Shown here piece after piece: positions 61,005 to 64,000 of a stretch of DNA of 64,000 nt. Both the position numbers and the translations under genes were made by a program. Each line of letters starts with the position of its first letter. Within the stretch, counting starts at the first letter, position 1. The DNA comes from Actinomycetota bacterium (GTDB lineage Bacteria; Actinomycetota; Actinomycetes; Mycobacteriales; Mycobacteriaceae). The notes under the pieces are model-generated. The model made no database searches and was not told the origin of the DNA. It saw nothing but the letters and a program-made list of their open reading frames with translations. Where the stretch lies: the NCBI GenBank assembly GCA_046735135.1, contig JBKPSU010000008.1, positions 30,580 to 94,579 of the forward strand. The letters are read 5' to 3'.

Positions 61005-62677
61005 CTCCGGACACGGCCGCGGGCCAGCGACGCGATCGCCGCCAGCACGGCCAGCGCGATCGACGCGCCGAACACCACCGTCAACCCGTTGTGGAACGGC
61101 CCCGAGATAAGGGTCGGGAAGAAGTCGCGCCCGGTAATGGCCGCCTGGCTCTGCGGCGGCAGTTGCGTCAGCACACCGCTTGGGGCCAGCAGGTGTTCGA
61201 GCGGATTGACGCCGAGCACGGCGGCGAACAGCGTCGACACCGGCGGCAGCACCGACACCTGCGCCGCGACGTCGTGCGGCACGCCGTGCTGTTGCAAGCC
61301 GCCGCTGAGCGCGCCGGGCAAGCTACCCGCAAGGCCGACGACCATGAGCGAGAAGAACACCCCGATCGACAGCGCCGTGCCGCTGTTCTGGAATGTCGCG
61401 CGCATGCCCGACACCACGCCGCGCTCGCTGGGAAGCACGCTGCCCATGATGGCCGAGGTGTTGGGTGCGGCGAACATGCCACTGCCAATCCCGTTGAGCG
61501 CGATCAGCATTGCGAAGGCCCAGTACGGGAAGTCGATCGGCAGCAGCAGCAGGCCGACAAAGCTCAGCCCGAACAACACCATGCCTGCCGACGCGATCCC
61601 GCGGGCGCCGAAGCGGTCCGAGAGCGCACCCGCGGCCGGACCTGCGATCAGGAACCCGGCCGTCAGCGGCAGCATGAAGATCCCCGCCCACAACGGGGTG
61701 TCGGCGTAGTCGTAGCCGTGCAGCGGCAGCCAGATGCCCTGCAACCAGATGATGAGCATGAACTGCAGTCCGCCCTGGGCAAGAGCCGCCGCGAACGTGG
61801 CGGCGTTGCCCGCGCTGAACGCCCGAATCTTGAACAGACTCAATCGGATCATCGGTTCGACCACCCTCGACTCGATGAGAACGAAGGCGACGAGCAGGAC
61901 GACGCCGAGAGCCAGCGTGCCCAGCACGAACGGGCTGTGCCACCCGGTGGTGTGGCCGCCGTGGGGCTGAATGCCCGTCGTGATCGCGATGAGGACCGCC
62001 GACAGTCCGACGGCGAAGGTGATGTTTCCCCACCAGTCGATGCGGCCGCGGTGCCGCTCGCCGTCGTCGCGCAGGCGCCGGTAGGCCCAGATCGTGCCGA
62101 ACACTCCCACGGGCACATTCACCCAGAACACCGCGCGCCAGTCCCACGCGGCAAGCAACCCACCGGCGACCAGCCCGATGAACTGACCGGCCAGCGCCGC
62201 GACCTGGTTGAAGCCGAGCGCGAAGCCGCGGCGGTCCGGCGGGAACGCATCGGTCAGGATCGCCGCCGAGTTCGCCGTCAGCATCGATCCCCCGACCGCC
62301 TGCAACAGCCGCCAGCCGATGAGCCACTGGGCGGCCGCCGAGCCGTCGAATGGGTCGAACGACAACAGGATTGACGCGACGGTGAAAACGGTGAAGCCCG
62401 CGTTGTATACCCGCACGCGGCCGTATATGTCGCCGATGCGGCCGAGCGTGACGACCAGCACCGACTGCACCAATCGGTAGCCCATGATCATCCACAGCAG
62501 ATAGGCGATGTTGGCAGGGGCAAGCGGGTCCAGGTGGATGCCGCGGAAGATCGCAGGCAACGAGATGATGACGATCGACCCGTCGAGTGCCGACATGAAA
62601 ACCGCCGCGGTGGTATTCGTCAGCGCCACCCACCGGTAGTTGTCCCGGGTCTGTGCCTCTCGCTCCTGAACAGCCAT
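61001..62677 (-). CDS. MFS transporter, 14-TMS DHA2 (EmrB/QacA) type
   Basis: 558 aa, many TM segments, motif A-like GRIGDIYGRVRVY. Its start abuts the stop of the upstream MarR gene. Confidence 0.88.
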   Translation of the reverse strand: MAVQEREAQTRDNYRWVALTNTTAAVFMSALDGSIVIISLPAIFRGIHLDPLAPANIAYLLWMIMGYRLVQSVLVVTLGRIGDIYGRVRVYNAGFTVFTVASILLSFDPFDGSAAAQWLIGWRLLQAVGGSMLTANSAAILTDAFPPDRRGFALGFNQVAALAGQFIGLVAGGLLAAWDWRAVFWVNVPVGVFGTIWAYRRLRDDGERHRGRIDWWGNITFAVGLSAVLIAITTGIQPHGGHTTGWHSPFVLGTLALGVVLLVAFVLIESRVVEPMIRLSLFKIRAFSAGNAATFAAALAQGGLQFMLIIWLQGIWLPLHGYDYADTPLWAGIFMLPLTAGFLIAGPAAGALSDRFGARGIASAGMVLFGLSFVGLLLLPIDFPYWAFAMLIALNGIGSGMFAAPNTSAIMGSVLPSERGVVSGMRATFQNSGTALSIGVFFSLMVVGLAGSLPGALSGGLQQHGVPHDVAAQVSVLPPVSTLFAAVLGVNPLEHLLAPSGVLTQLPPQSQAAITGRDFFPTLISGPFHNGLTVVFGASIALAVLAAIASLARGRVRS

Positions 62678-63139
62678 CTAGAGGTGGTAGGCCAGTCGTT
62701 CGATCAGGGGTGCGGCGGCGGCGAGCTGGCCGAGCTCGGCTTCGGTGAAGTGCGCGAGGCCTGCTGCGAGCTGCTCTACGCGGGCGTTGCGCCGGCGGTT
62801 GAGTTCGCGTCTGCCAGTGGCACTGATGGACAACAGGATTCGTCTCCCATCCGACGGGTCAGGTTGGCGCTTGACCAGCCCCCGTGTTTCGAGCTCGCCG
62901 AGCGTGGCACCCATCGACTGCGGGGTGATCTGCTCCTGGCGGGCCAGATCGGCCGCCGCCGCAGGGCCGCCGCGGTCGAGTCGGCCCAGCGCTGCGGTTT
63001 CCGGGAAGGTCAGCGCACCTTCCACGGGCGCTTGTCGCAGACGCCGACGCAACAGACCGACGCACAGCAGCAGCGCCCGTGCCACGTTTTCGGACTGGCG
63101 ATCCACGGCCATGATCATCAGGCTAGGCTTATCAGGCAC
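62678..63139 (-). CDS. MarR-family transcriptional regulator
   Basis: wHTH LTFPETAALGRLDRGGPAAAADLARQEQITPQSMGATLGELETRGLV. Co-oriented and contiguous with the MFS gene. Confidence 0.88.
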   Translation of the reverse strand: MPDKPSLMIMAVDRQSENVARALLLCVGLLRRRLRQAPVEGALTFPETAALGRLDRGGPAAAADLARQEQITPQSMGATLGELETRGLVKRQPDPSDGRRILLSISATGRRELNRRRNARVEQLAAGLAHFTEAELGQLAAAAPLIERLAYHL

Positions 63140-63145
63140 ACCTGA

Positions 63146-64000
63146 TCAAATACCCACTTGCCTCCGCCGGTATTCATTGGGAGCCAGACCGAACCAGCGC
63201 GAGAAGGCGTGATTAAAGGCCGCCGTCTCGGCATAACCAAGCCGCCGGGCGACCTGCTCGACACTCAAACCGACCTGGGACAGCAGCTCCGCGGCGAGCG
63301 TCGCGCGCACGTCGTTGGTGAGCGCGCGGAACGAGGTACTTTCGCCGCCAGTCGCCGGCGCAACGTGCGCGGGTGTAGATGCAACGACCCTGCGACGGCG
63401 TTCAGGCCCGGCATCTCCCCCGGCGCCGCGAGAAGCTCGGAGCGGACGCGGGCCGACAACCCGTGCTGGTGCTGCCTGCGCTGCAGAATCCGCTCGCACT
63501 GCTCGACACACACGGCCAGCGTGTGCGGATCCGCCTGCGGCAGCGGCTCGTCGAGCATCTGCTTCGGAGCGCGGATGACGCTGCGTTCGCTGCCGAACTC
63601 GACGTCGCGGATCGCGACCATGTCGAGCAGCGGCCGCAGATACGCCTCGTCGGCGGCCAGCTCAAGGCTGATCCGGTCGACATAGCGGGCCAGCACGGGA
63701 TGGACGAAGGTGGGCACGGTGGCGACGACGCCCGCTATGTCGCGCTCCACGAAGAACCTGCGGACGTCGTCGGGCAGATGGCCGGCGTCGAGGACGATCT
63801 CGCAGTCGGCAGGCCCCTCCAACAACGCGATCGATACGTGCAGAGTCGAAAGCGAGAAGAACCGCAGCCCGACCGGGATCAGTACACGCAGCGTGCCCGA
63901 CGCCATCGCGGCGAACCCGAACATGCCGAGGTTGGTCAGGTTGATCCGACTGCCGACGGCGACCCCGACGCCCGCAGGCTCCGGCGCAAGCCGCAGCAGG
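63146..64000 (-). pseudogene. AraC-family regulator, 5' end outside window, apparent 1-nt frameshift between the two HTH units
   Basis: The effector-domain and first-HTH frame (...SLHLHPRTLRRRLAA) runs into junk. The second HTH (STSFRALTNDVRATLAAELL...GYAETAAFNHAFSRWFGLAPNEYRR) is in another frame. The switch lies near 63338-63350. The frame is open to base 64000. Confidence 0.65.

Overview
High-GC actinobacterial chromosome segment. Gene content and order match the Mycobacterium core region that runs from recX-recA to rpsO-ribF-sirR (equivalents of Mtb Rv2736c to Rv2788, recalled from memory; no search was possible). Order from left to right: gluABCD glutamate ABC transporter; recX-recA, with an intein in recA; a roughly 16 kb [NiFe]-hydrogenase island (hypAB, hhySL, hhyE, conserved unknowns, maturation protease, hypCFEDC, SIS-domain genes) sitting between recA and the DUF3046 gene that normally neighbours it; hemerythrin; glycosyltransferase; ephG; the clgR-pspA-Rv2743c-like envelope-stress module; pgsA; argA-like GNAT; ftsK; rnj; dapA; thyX; an accessory block (monooxygenase/TetR, deaminase, GntR, iminopeptidase, APC permease, YcaQ-like glycosylase); dfrA-thyA; dapB; aldR-ald; rhomboid; class A beta-lactamase; pepR-pnp; rpsO; ribF; a DtxR-family regulator; and MFS/MarR/AraC genes. 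I found no rRNA, tRNA, CRISPR array, IS element or prophage. The main points of interest are: (1) a 368-aa LAGLIDADG intein in RecA at the M. leprae-type site; (2) a group 1h/5-type hydrogenase locus holding about eight translationally coupled genes of unknown function, including an unusual SIS-domain pair and a SIS-HypC-like fusion; (3) two recA promoter elements (SOS box and a RecA-NDp-like motif) in a region shared divergently with hypA; (4) several apparent single-nucleotide frame disruptions (3.2 kb, 50.1 kb, 63.3 kb), which could be pseudogenes or assembly indels; (5) a few clear operator-like palindromes. I see no convincing evidence for a wholly new system such as a defence island; the uncharacterised hydrogenase-associated genes are the best candidates for new biology. 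All family assignments come from motif and sequence recognition by eye. Many long ORFs in the supplied track are high-GC shadow ORFs and were not called.
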